Source of the DNA: Malacoraja senta
Taxonomy: Eukaryota
Length of the DNA: 64,000 bases
Direction of reading: 5' to 3'
NCBI GenBank assembly: GCA_038087875.1
Contig: CM075992.1
Span: 10,666,001 to 10,730,000 of the forward strand
The first letter of the stretch is position 1. Each line of letters starts with the position of its first letter. This document shows, one piece after another, positions 51,741-64,000 of this stretch. The notes below the pieces were generated by a model. The model was not told the origin of the DNA, searched no databases, and saw nothing but the letters and a program-made list of their open reading frames with translations. A program made the translations under genes and the position numbers.

Positions 51741-52154
51741 GAGTCAGCGGGGGTTGAACGAGTGATAGCGACTGGGATGGGTAGATGTAGAGGAACAGGT
51801 ATAGGCTAAAGATATTAAAGGGAATGGGGTTAGAGAGAGGAAGCGGCAGTGGGAGGGGTGGTGAGGGGGGTATCCACATCAGTGTCGTGGGTTCTGAGGT
51901 GGCTGATGAGGTCACTAACTGATCCCCGTGTAGGGTTGTTGGGTAGTTTGTCGGCTGGTATTTGTGATCTGTACAGGCAAAGGGACCTAGGCTGTGCACA
52001 CCAACCCGGCTGCCTCTCCATTCGGAGAGGCCGTTGGCCAGAGGTTCCCAGGACTCAAGATAATGGTAAGATATATGATTGCTTATTTCCTTTACCTTTG
52101 AGATATATCTGTACACCTATTGACTGAAAACAATGAGGTGACTTTGTACTCAGC

Positions 52155-52866
52155 AACTTGTCCTGGACCAGCCATGACACAGCAATGGCCACGAAAGCCC
52201 CCCACCGTCTCTGCTTTCTTAGAAGCCTTAGGAAGTTTGACATGTCCCCAACAACTCTCACCAACTTCAACAGATGCGCCGCAGAAAGCATTTTATCAAT
52301 GCTTGTATTCCCTCATGCAACCCTCCTTTTGTATTCATTCAAAATATATCAAGGGTGCATCACCGCACGGTTTGGGAACAGCTCCATCCAAGAGCACAAG
52401 AAATTGCAGAGAGCTGTAGACACAGCTCAGAACATCACACAAACCAATCTCCCTTCCAATGACTCCATGTACACTTCACACTACCTCAACAAGGACACCA
52501 GCATAATCAAGGATCTAGTCTCACCCCGGTCACTCCCTCTTCTCTCCAATCTGGCAAGAAGTACAGAAGTGTGAAAACACACATCTCCAGATTCAGGGAC
52601 AGTTCTTCCCACCTGGTTCCATGCAACTGAACCATCCTATCACCAACTGGAGAGTGGTCCTGAGCTACTAACAACCTCATTGGAGACCCCCGGACTTCCT
52701 TTATTCGAACTTTACTGGACATTATCTTGCACTAAATGTTATTTCTTTTATCATGTATCTACACTGGATGTCAGGATTGTAATCATGAATTGTCTTTCCG
52801 CTGACTGGTTAGCACGCATCAAAAGCTCTTTACTGTACCTAGGTACACGTGACAAAAACTAAGCTA
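52155..52866 (+). mobile_element. Rex/Babar LINE 3' portion
   Basis: KAPHRLCFLRSLRKFDMSPTTLTNFNRCAAESILS...GCITARFGN...KKLQRAVDTAQNIT plus 3' UTR. Confidence 0.85.
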
Positions 52867-53377
52867 GAGCATTTTCCAAGGGAAACAGGTGACACCCCAA
52901 TTTCCCTCCAGGGATGTATAAAGTTTTCTTGTATCGTAATACAGTAACTTAAATCAGCTGGAATAAACTTGAACAACTCACCAGACTGATGAGGTATGTT
53001 CTCTCTGTGTTGCATGTGGGGATTCACTGTGAAATATATGTAGCTAATGTTCAGCTCAACCATCCGAAATGTTCGGATAGTTTAGGTGAACATTGTCGAT
53101 CGTGAGGCTAGATGTAGCAAGGACAGTCTCACTGCAGCCAAATCCCTAAATGATTGGAGACAATAGATCCAGTAATAACTTTTTTTAATTGAATTAGATT
53201 TGTACATGAAAAGCAAATAATTTTGAGAAGGCAGGGAAAAGTGACGGGGTTGCTCACCTTTTTTTTTGCACTGACAACCATTTTCGTCTTGGATTACCAC
53301 AGACTTGGTTCTACACCGTGGTGGATTAAGCATGAAATTACTAAAGGAAAAATTCATTTTTGTTTTGCAGTGCATTC

Positions 53378-53862
53378 TTCTCCATCCAAGAGCACAAGAA
53401 ATTGCAGCGAGCTGTAGACACAGCTCAGAACATCACACAAACCAACCTCTCTTCCTCTGACTCCATGTACACTTCACACTACCTCAGCAAGGACACCAGC
53501 ATAATCATGGTCGAGTCTCACTCCGGTCACTCCCTCTTATCTACTCTCCAATCTGGAAAGAGGTACAGACGTGTGAAAACACTCCAGATTCAAGCACAGT
53601 TTTTTCCCAGCTGTTACCAGGCAACTGAACCATCCTACCAACAACTGGAGAGTGGTCCTTAGCTACTATCCACCTCATTGGAAACCCTCGGACTATCTTT
53701 ACTCGGACTTTACTGGACATTATCTTGCACTATTTCCTATATCATGTACCTACGTTGTTTCCTATATCATGTACCTACACTAGATGGTTGAATTTTAATC
53801 ATGTATTGTCTTTCTGCTGACTGGTTAGCACGCAACAAAAGCTCTTCACTGTACCTCGGTAC
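53378..53862 (+). mobile_element. Second Rex/Babar 3' fragment
   Basis: Homologous to 52382-52845. Confidence 0.85.
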
Positions 53863-54190
53863 TTGCTTTCGATCCTCACGAGATGTCAGATTATGGTTTC
53901 AGCTCCAGGTAAATGAGAGTGTAATACTTTCTGCAAAAATACACAATACGTATCTCTTTTAAAGCATCTCCTAACTCATGCTGTGTCTTTATCCCTCTGC
54001 TTATGGACTTCTGTCTTCTAATTGAGATGTGGCGAATTAAAATTCTCATCGACCTTTTCAAATCCCTTCCTGTCTTTACTCTTCTCTATTCTTCAACCTT
54101 TACATTTGTAACTCCTCCCATTCTCGCCACCTCATTTTGCAGTGATCTTATGTTTCATACAAAATGATGCATGAACATTTCCCACGTTTT

Positions 54191-54806
<616 letters not shown>

Positions 54807-55239
54807 TTTCCCACGTTTTTAAATAACATGGAGGAAAGTCATTCTGCCGTGCTCCTGTGCTCTTGGTGGAGACTTATAATGAGTGAACGATATAAGTTGT
54901 ACTGTTAGCTGATAGAACAGGGTAAAAGCTAGTGAATATCAATAGGTACTAGAATAAGTGGGACCCGTTGGGTCCCATGTTCACACAGGAGTGCTGGCCC
55001 CCCAATGAAATATTCCATCTCTCCACCAATTCCAATATTGGTGCCCATTGGGGGGGGGGCGCTTTCTGTAGCACTAGTATGTGTGTTGTGGGCTGATGGG
55101 ACTGATTTCCAGAGAGCTAGTATGGACATTGTGGGCCAAATGGTTTCTTCGGGTGGCAGCTCAGTCAATCAAGCCTGATGTGCTGGCAGCTCACTCGTGG
55201 CTGGTGGGCTGTCAGTTGACTCACGACTATTCCTTGAAA

Positions 55240-55740
55240 TTCCATTTCAAGCAGGGTGCAAGGCCACCAAATTCAAGTGCAGTTTCTGACCACTTCCAGC
55301 AGGGTTCAAGGCGACCGAACTCAAGTGTAATTTCCTACCACTTCAAGCAGGGTTCAAGACCACCAAATTCAAGTGCACTTGCATACCACTTCAAGGAGGG
55401 TGCAAGGCCACCAAACTCAAGTACAGTTTCAAACCACTTCAAGCAGGGTGCAAGGGCACAGAATTCAAGTGCAGTTTCATACCACTTCAAGCAGGCTGCA
55501 TGGCCAACAAATTCAAGTGCAGTTTCATACCACTTCAAGCAGGGTGCAAGGCCACAAAACTCAAGTGCAGTTCCATGCCACTTCAATCAGTGTGCAAGGC
55601 CACCAAATTCAAGTGCAGTTTCATGCCACTTCATGCATGTTGCAAGGCCACCAAACTCAAGTGCAGTTTCATACCATTTCAAGCAGGGTGCAAGGCCATC
55701 AAATTGAAATGCAGTTTCATACCAATTCAAGCAGGGTGAA
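55240..55740. repeat. 48-bp minisatellite, about 10 copies
   Basis: Unit TCAAGCAGGGTGCAAGGCCACCAAATTCAAGTGCAGTTTCATACCACT; 16-aa period in the ORF track. Confidence 0.92.
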
Positions 55741-56129
55741 ACCACCATGAAACCACACAAAGCACCACATAAACACCACACTCACAGTTCAGTAGACATT
55801 CAGTGTGTTCAGTTGATTCACAGCTCAGACAAAGTCGTGACCTCACCCTCTCCCATCTTGCAGAGGCTGAGCCACACCCACAATTCCGGGTTTTATAATC
55901 CCTCCCCCTCCCACCGCAAGGGCGTGGCCTTCGTGGTGTGATTGACAGGAGAGATATCCTCAACATATTTTAAACACCAATAACACTTTTATTTTTCATT
56001 AATGGGTAGAATCATCTGCACCTGATGAGCGGAGGGGGACTGAGTAAGATGGCCAAAAATCACGGCCGTAAGATCGTTTTATCTAAAACAATATTCAGTG
56101 TAAACAGGGTTGTCAAGTTTAGACATTTA

Positions 56130-56500
56130 ATGCTGTGCTTCAGTACAAATAGCACCCACCACCAACCATTTGCTGTGCTTCAGTTCACTAGCACCACCAC
56201 CAACCAATTGCCGCGCTTCAGTTCAATAGCATCCACCACCAACCATTTGCTGTGCATCAGTTCAATAGCATCCACCACCAACCATTTGCTGTGCTTCAGT
56301 TCAATAGCAACCACCACCAACCACTTGCTGCGCTTCAGTTCAATAGCACCCACCACCAACCATTTGCTGTGCTTCAGTTCAATAGCACCCACCACCAACC
56401 ACTTGCTGCGCTTCAGTTCAATAGCAACCACCACCAGCCATGTGCTGTGCTTCAGTTCAAGCCAACCACCACCCACCATTTGCTGTGCGTTTTCAACCCC
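56130..56500. repeat. 39-bp minisatellite, about 9 copies
   Basis: Unit TGCTGTGCTTCAGTTCAATAGCACCCACCACCAACCATT; 13-aa period in the ORF track. Confidence 0.92.
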
Positions 56501-57169
56501 AACCACATTTTAATTTTCAAACCACATTAAGAACACTCAATGTCAGTAAAACCACACTCACAGTTTAGTAGAATTGTGTTCAGTGTTATTCAAGTTTCAG
56601 ACTGAGAGAAGTGACCCTATCGCTCCCCCATCTTGCAGAGACTGACTGAGGCACTCAACACATCCGGGCTTTATAGTCCCTCAAGAAGGGGCATGGCCTT
56701 CAGGAGAGAAAATCTCAACATTTTTTAAACACTAATAACTCTCTTATTTTCCATTGATGGGAAAAATCCTCTTGTCCTGCGCAGCAGAGGGGGCTCTGAG
56801 TAAGGTTGCCAAAATCACAGCCGTAAGTGGCAGCGTTTTTTCTAAAAACAATATACAGAACAACAGGAAGTGGTTAAGATCAGACTTATAGTAATATAGA
56901 TATCTGGGAGATGTAACAAAGATCAGCCTGAAGAAGAACCCCAATCGGAAATGTCACCTATCGATGTTCTCCATCGATGCTGCCTGAGCCGCTGAGTTAC
57001 TCCGGCAGTGTGTCTCTTTTTTGTTAAACCCGCAGGTGCAGTTCATTGTTTCTACTTCTATTTCTACTGGCCATTTCTCTGTTCTCTCAGCTGACACCTG
57101 CGCACGTATCATTCAATCATCCCGGTCTCCACCTTCATAATTTGGTCATTCAGCTCATCAAATTTACTC

Positions 57170-57570
57170 CGATTATGGCTGATCCATCACTCCTAACTCC
57201 ATTCTCCTGCTTTCTGCCCTGAACCCATAACACCTGTACCATTCAAGAATCTATCTATCTCTGCTTTAAAAAAACAATTGGCAGCCTCAACCGCCTTCCG
57301 TGGCAATGAATTCTATAGATTCACCATCATCTGATTAAATCAATTCCTCCTCATCTCCTTCCGAAAGGTACGTCCTTTAATTCTGAGGCTATGACCTCTG
57401 GACCTATACTCTCACACCCGTGAAAGCATCCTCTCCACATACATTCAATTCAGGTTTTTTCACTATTTGGTAAGTTTCAATGAGGTACCCCCCTTAATCC
57501 TTCTAAACTCCAGAGAATAGAGACCAAGTGCCATTAAACGCTGATCATATGCTAACCCACTCATTCCTGT
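57170..57570 (-). mobile_element. Old CR1 3' fragment
   Basis: Diverged reverse complement of ~25910-26310. Confidence 0.7.
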
Positions 57571-57944
57571 CACCCTATTTCACAGGAGCAGTGTTGCGGG
57601 ACTTTCCTCCATTTTATTAAATCATGTGGGGAATATGGCACGGGCCATGCATTTTGTTCACATTAAATTGCCTTGATCTGATAGACAGCTGCTGTTAAAT
57701 GTCCTGTGCGACCAGCAGGAAACAAATATCAATAGCATTCGCAAAGACTACGAGTGACTCTAAAGAAATGAAGCCAACTCATACTGCCTTTGTACTGTCC
57801 ATGTTACAGAAGTTATGCCTTCTCTACAACGCAACAGTCAACCGGCTGCTAAACCCGGTAAACCTAAAAGCAAAAACAAGTTGCTATCCCTGCGGGCAAA
57901 GTATGAAGTGAGTTACTTTTAAGTCGACGATTCTTCTTCTTTTG

Positions 57945-59797
57945 GCCAAGCCCAACTCTCAGACACCTCCTCCTACTTATCCTTGGACCATGCACCCACA
58001 GACGAGCACCAGGCCACTATCTCTAGCACCATCTCTGACTTCATCACCTCCGACTCCCTGCCCTCCCAAGCCGCCAACCTCATCGTTCTCCAGCCCCGCA
58101 TGGCCCGATTTTACCTTCTGCCCAAAATCCACAAACCTGACTGTCCTGGCAGACCTATTGTTTCTGCCCGTTTGTGCCCTGCCAAACATATTTCCACATA
58201 GTTCGACCCCATGGTTAAATCACTGCCTGCCGATGTTCAAGACACCTCACACGCTCTTCGCCTACTCCAGGACTTCCGTTTTCTAGGCCATTATTCCCTC
58301 ATCTTCATCACGGATGTCCAGTCACTCTACACCGCCACCCCCCACCAGGAGGGTCTTACAGCCCTCTGTGTCTTCCTCGACTGCAGAACCAACCAATCCC
58401 TGTCTACTGATCGTCTCATCCGCCGAGCGGAGCTGGTCCTCACCATTAATAACTTTTCGTTTGAATCCTCCCATATCCTCCAAATGCAAAGCCTAGCTAT
58501 GGGTACGCATATGGGCCCTAGCTATGCCTGCCTCTTTGTAGGGTATGTCGAATAATCTTTGTTCGAGGCGTAGCACGGCCCCAAACTGTACCTCCGCTAC
58601 ATCGATGACTGCATGTGTGCTTCCTCCTGCCCCCACACACGACTTCATCCAATTCACCACTAACTTCCATCCGGCACTCAAATACACCTGGGCCATTTCC
58701 GACATTTCCCTACGATTTCTAGACCTCACTATCTCCATCGCAGGTGCTAGACTTCTGACCGACATCCACTATAAACCCACTGACTCCCCTGGCTATCAGG
58801 ACTACACTTCGCCCCACCCTGTTTACTGTAAGGACTCCATCCCCTACTCCCAATTCCTCCGTCTACGCCGCATCTGGACCCAGGAAACATGTCCTCATTC
58901 TTCAGGGAACGGGGGATCCCATCTTCTACTATAGATGATGCTCTCACCAGGGTCTGTTATATATCCCATAACTCTGCTCTCACTCCCCAACCCCCACTCG
59001 TAACAAGGCCAGAGTCCCCCTTGTCCTCACCTTCCACCCTAGCAGACGTCACATACAACAAATAATCCTCCGACATTTTCGCCACCTCCAAAGGGATCCC
59101 ACAACTGGCCACATCTTCCCAAGTTCTTACCTGTCTGCTTCCCGCAGAGATCTCTCCCTCCATAACTCCCTGTTCAATTTGTCCCTTCCCACCCGAACCA
59201 CTTCTGGAACTTTCCTAGGCAACCACAGGAAATGCTACACTTGTCGCTTTACCACCCCCCTTGACTCCATTAAAGGACCTAAGCAGTCTTTCCAGGTGCG
59301 GCAGAGGTTCACATGCACCTCCCCCTACCTCATCTATTGCATCCGCTGCTCTAGATGTCAACTGCTCTACATCGGTGAGATCAAGCCTAGGCTTGAGGAT
59401 CTCTTCGCCCAACACCTCCACTCGGTTTACATTAACGTACCTGATCTCCCGGTCGCTCAGCACTTCAACTCCCCCTCCTATTCCAAATCCGATCTTTCTA
59501 TCCTGGGCCTCCTCCATGTCTAGAGTGAGGCACACCTTAAATTGGAGCACAGCACCTCATACTTCGCTTGGGCGGTTTGCACCCCTGCAGTATGAACATT
59601 GACTTCTCGATTTCAGGTAGTCCCTGCTTTCTCCTCTTAGCTCTCCCTCAGCCCACAGTCTCCGCCTCTTCCTTTCTTCTTCCCGCCCACCCCCACCCTC
59701 ACATCAGTCTGAAGAAAGGTCTCGGCCCGAAATGTTGCCTATTTCCTTCGCTCCAAAGATGCTGCCTCACCCGCTGAGTTTATCCAGCATTTTTGTC
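57945..59797 (+). mobile_element. Penelope-like element, RT + GIY-YIG endonuclease, decayed
   Basis: FYLLPKIHKPDCPGRPIVS, DVQSLYT, AMGTHMGPSYA, LRYIDD, LIYCIRCSRCQLLYIGE. Confidence 0.93.
59705..59740 (+). ncRNA. Minimal hammerhead-ribozyme-like motif at the Penelope terminus, probably decayed
   Basis: CUGAAGA (59709-59715), short stem II, GAAA (59729-59732); minimal hammerheads are established in Penelope-like elements. Confidence 0.55.
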
Positions 59798-60253
59798 ATT
59801 CTTCTTTTTGTTACTTGCTGAGCTTGTTTTGGAAGACGTTTCGATAAAATAATTTTTGTTTCACGTAATTAAAAAGAACAAACTATAGGCTCCTGGATGA
59901 ATAATGATGCAATGTATTCGGCGTGGGCAAGTTGTGTCTGTTTCCACGCTGTATGTCTATAAAGGGATGATTGAGGGTGAAAAAAAGCATGCAAAAGAAG
60001 AAAGTGTTATTATCTGCATTGTGTTACCATTCAGCAATGGTCATTAAATAAAAATCTTTACAGTTTAAATATTAAAAGCAGCACATTGTGGTCACCCAGC
60101 ATATCTCCATCTCGGTTATGTAGTTCGAGGCTTTATTTGATTTCCAGGTCTGGAGGATGAGGAAGACAAAATATGTTATTCATTAACTTAATGTGCTTAT
60201 GGAGGTGTGCTTGTTTTAATGCATTTTGCTTAGTTAATTTTGGTTAACTAGTT

Positions 60254-63200
60254 ATTGTATATCGAAGTCACGTGAGTGACTACGTGAAGAGCCCGTCAGC
60301 CCGCATGCGCGTCAATACGTCGACGCATGGCGCGAGGTTTGGTTGGGGATGAATGTTGGTCTCCCCAGTGGTAAGGTTTAAATCCAAACAGGTGAGTACA
60401 AAGGTAAAACTATTTCCGACCTTGGCCTAGGTTTGCCGCGATGGAGAAACCTAGAGCAAAACGGAAACGGGCTGCTGAAAAAGCACCGGCAGAGGACAGC
60501 GGCAATGGAAAATGCCGACGGCCGTCCGTTTCTCCTTCGGAGACGCTGACAGCTGCGGTCTGCACAGCAAGTTCCGATTCAGCTCCAAGAGGGAGCAGCT
60601 TGGCAACCACGAGTTTGGGCAAAGCCAAAGCCAAAGCCAAATCAGTATGAAATGTCCAATCGGACGACTCTGGACTGGAAGACACTGTCCCAACATCCAT
60701 GGAAGTTGTAGTTTGCCGGCTGTCTAAACTAGAGCGGCTAATTGAAAAAATGATTGTACAAAATATGCTCCGTTCCCAGGAGGGATTAACAGGCGGCTCC
60801 AGTCGAAAGCCTGTAGCAACACCTGGCTCAGGGTTTCAGTATATCTCCCACTCTGATGAGTGGAGTATCGGAGAGTATTACAGAGGTGATTCCGATTATG
60901 GGGATATCAATAAGATATGTGGATCCCATGAATTAATCGATGATATGCGGCAGGCGCATCATATGGAAGAGTTACCTGCTCTTGCCTCAAAATTTGCCAT
61001 GCCCTCGGGGAAAGGTGAGCCACTGCAGGAAGAACTGGCCAGGAGCTATCAGCTATTTAACGTCTCATCAGTTGAAGGAGGAGATTATGCTGTATGCGGC
61101 TGTAAAATATCCCAGCCCAGAAAACTGCAAGACTTTGGATGTCCCGAAAGTCAATGTTACAATTTGTGAAAATCTCAGGGGCAGAACAAAGTCATGAGAG
61201 CTAAAATTACAACGAATCCTGAGACTACTATCTGGAGGTATTACGGCCTTTGCTAGGTCAATAGATGGGGCTCGGCTTTCAGAAGTAGAGCAGGATGCGA
61301 TGGCACAGTTATGTTATACTCATTTTGAGATAAACTGCTTTGGTATAGATGCCATTAGGCCCGAAATAAATCTAAATTTGCGCACTTATGCGGGGCCAGT
61401 AATATGCAGCCTGCAAAATATCTCTTCGGAGAAGATTTATGTAAGCAGGACAATTTGAAGGCTGCTGAATGGTTAAAACATTGAAGGCTGTTGAATGGTT
61501 AAAACACTCTATATGGGGAAGGCTCAAGTACTCCGGCGATATCACCCCGATATGACAAGCAGCAGGAATCGTTTCTCTGAGGCTGGTTGGAGTATCAGGC
61601 CTAGTCAATTTAGACCCAGCCAGAGGTATTTTTTCGGCCCAGGTCCATCTCGTCCACCTTGGAGGATGTGCACACCGTACGTTCCGTCTCAGTTCCCAGC
61701 AGATCAAGATATCAGAGCGAAAGGAAGGAGACCGAACAAAATCTAGGATCTGCTGGCTCTAGTGATAAACCACTTTTGACCATTGAGGTAGGTGGATGTG
61801 AATCCATCAGTCACATGGGGTGTGCGGAGGAATTTCGTGTCGGTGGCAGATGAAGGTTATTTTTAAACGATTGGCTACAGATAACCTCTGATCCGTTTAT
61901 ACTGCATAGCATAACGGGTTACAAAATTGAGTTCTTGGCTGACAAGTTTCCTCCTCGACAAGACATGCCGAGACCGGTGTATATTCGATCCAAAAAGGAC
62001 ACTTTGGATATGCAAACAGAGAGAGAGGCATTGCATAAAAAAGGAGTGATTGAGCAGTCGGTCCATAAGACAGAGGAATATATCTCTAACATTTTCTCAC
62101 GGGAAAAGAAAAATGGAGAATGCCGTATCATTCTTGATTTGGCTAGTTTAAACTCTTATGTGCAGTATCAACACTTTAAGATAGAACAATTTCACACTAC
62201 AAAACAGCCGATTACTGAGCATTGTTTTATGGCATCCATAGATCTCAAGGATGCATATTACTCGGTTCCTATTCATAAAGAATCACAGGAAATATCTAAA
62301 GTGTATCTGGCTGGGTCAGTGGAGTCAATTTAAGGTTTTACCCAATGGTTTAAGCTCAGCCCCTAGGCTATTTACAAAAAATCTTCAAACAGTGCTTGCC
62401 CTACTCAGAGCTAAGGGGCATATTATTATTGGGTAAATAGATGACATTCTCATAGTCGGGAAGACGTTACGTCTCGCAAAGCTTGCTGTTTCAGCTGCCA
62501 AGCTAATCCTTGAGAAATTGGGATTTCTCAATCATCCAGCAAAATCCAGGTTGAAACCGACAAAATCTATTTCTTATTTTCGGCAGAGATGTCCGTGACC
62601 CTGCCCATGGAGAAAAAACAGAATTTGGTAGAGGAATGTTCAGCTCTAATGATTAATGAGAAGCCTTCTATCCGTCAGGTTGCGAGGGTAATAGGCAAGA
62701 TAGTAGCTGCCTTCCCAGCTCACTATCTAACCTCACATTTATCGAAATCTGGAGCGTGAAAAGGATCAGGCACTAAGACTCCACAAATGTAATTTTGACA
62801 GACTTATGAAGTTGTTGACAGAGACAAAATCTGAATTACAATGGTGGTTTACATACATAACCATATGTTAATTCAGCCTGTCATTCGGGAACCTCATCCA
62901 TTGCATGATCGCATTGACTTATTAATTTGCAGATTTTAAGAAGGCCTTTCGAGGGGCTAGGACTATTAACAGGATTGTAGATGTGATAACTGCAGCTTGG
63001 CGAGATTGCACAAGGTAGCAGTACTACTCATACATCAAACAATGGGAGAAGTTTTGTGAAGAAGCACATATAAATTACTTTACGGCGAATATAGCTGATA
63101 TGTTTGAGTTTCTTTCAGCTTTATAATTTGAAAAGAGTTAAGTTACAGTGCTATTAACAATGCTCGCAGTGCATTATCGTCATATTTAGTGCTCGGGTCT

Positions 63201-64000
63201 GGACATGAAACTGTTGGCACTCCCCCATTGGTATCTAAATTCATGAAAGGTGTTTTTAACAGGAAACTTCCAAAGCCTAGATATCATGAAGTATGGAATG
63301 TTAAGGTAGTGTTAAGGCTGCTTCGCAATTTGGTACCAGCCGCATCTTTATCTTTGGCCCAGCTTACTCACAAATTGGTAATGCTTATGGCTCTCGTCTC
63401 AGCACAAAGTGTTCAGTCTTTGCAGAAACTTCGGCAGGATAACGCTGTTATATCCGACAAAAAGTGGTCTTTTATATAGATCAATTGATAAAGCAGAGCA
63501 GGTCAGGTGCGTTGGGATACAAATTAGAGCTGTTGGCGTATCCACCAGATCGGAGGTTATGTGTGGTTACTTATGTAAAGAGATACATCGAGGTTACAAA
63601 AGACCTTTGAGGTAACGAACAAGCTGTATTCATAAGTTATAAAAAGCCACACAAAAGGGTAACGGTGCAAACCATTTCTAGGTGGATAAAATGTATCTTA
63701 TTAGATGCGGGAGTGGATACTGATATTTTCAAATCTCACTCTACCAGGGGTGCAGCCACCTCGGCAGCAAATAAAATGGAAGTTCCGCTGGATCACATTC
63801 TTGCGACAGCAGGATGGGCAGAAGAGAGTACTTTTCCGAAGTTTTACAATAAACCAATTAACAGGCCTGGCTTATTTGCTAATATAATTTTACGTTGTGT
63901 TGATTAAGACAATTGTTTATCCCTGAGATAAAGGGATTGCTTCTATTAAGAAGCATGTACATGTATGCAAATTTAAATCATGTTTCAATGAAGTATGTTT
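60254..64000 (+). mobile_element. Second DIRS element, different subfamily, running off the window
   Basis: 5' end ATT...GTCACGTGAGTGACTACGTGAAGA as at 15138; gag-like region; RT (ASIDLKDAYYSV, VLPNGLSSAPRLF); tyrosine recombinase with FKSHSTRGAATS. Confidence 0.93.
62930..63907 (+). pseudogene. DIRS tyrosine recombinase
   Basis: SYSAINNARSALS, LMALVSAQSVQ, KSHSTR, AGWAEESTFPKFYNKPI; stops and frameshifts. Confidence 0.88.

Larger units (their letters stand above)
54949..56900 (-). mobile_element. Non-autonomous Helitron with internal minisatellites
   Basis: Minus strand starts A|TCTATATTAC (56900) and ends CTAG|T (54949); hairpin TGGGACCC-AAC-GGGTCCCA (54959-54977) lies 6 nt before the CTAG; no TSD. 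Confidence 0.85.

Noticed and set aside
51903..51930. CUGAUGA plus stem resembling a hammerhead
   Set aside because: No GAAA after the stem.
50965..52116. 383-aa Pro/Ser-rich ORF
   Set aside because: Chance read-through of a polypyrimidine tract into a CR1 fragment.
55081..56513. Repeat-protein ORFs of 208 and 162 aa
   Set aside because: Products of 48-bp and 39-bp minisatellites inside a Helitron.

Overview
Eukaryotic, almost entirely repeat-derived DNA. It is most likely from a cartilaginous fish (skate/ray/shark), inferred from the CR1, Penelope, Rex/Babar and DIRS family mix. I found no intact host gene. 1-22150 is a decayed class I (epsilon/gamma-like) endogenous retrovirus with a tRNA-Ser PBS. 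Its leader-gag-pol segment is present as three near-identical ~4293-bp tandem copies, its env is split by a full-length DIRS element and its 3' LTR by a LINE fragment. 23-31.6 kb is a nested CR1/L1/DIRS/LTR stack ending in an apparent reverse-transcription fossil: 42 nt of mature tRNA-Leu with a mismatch at the m1A58 position. 31.8-43.1 kb is a GAGCCCACAAGCCGTGCT(GAGT)n satellite with higher-order duplication, Penelope-derived palindromes and a CpG-rich MITE. After a 200-N gap come further ERV, Harbinger, Penelope (hammerhead-like motifs), Rex/Babar, L1 and CR1 pieces, a non-autonomous Helitron and a second DIRS. All coordinates were read by eye; family names come from motif recognition, not database searches.
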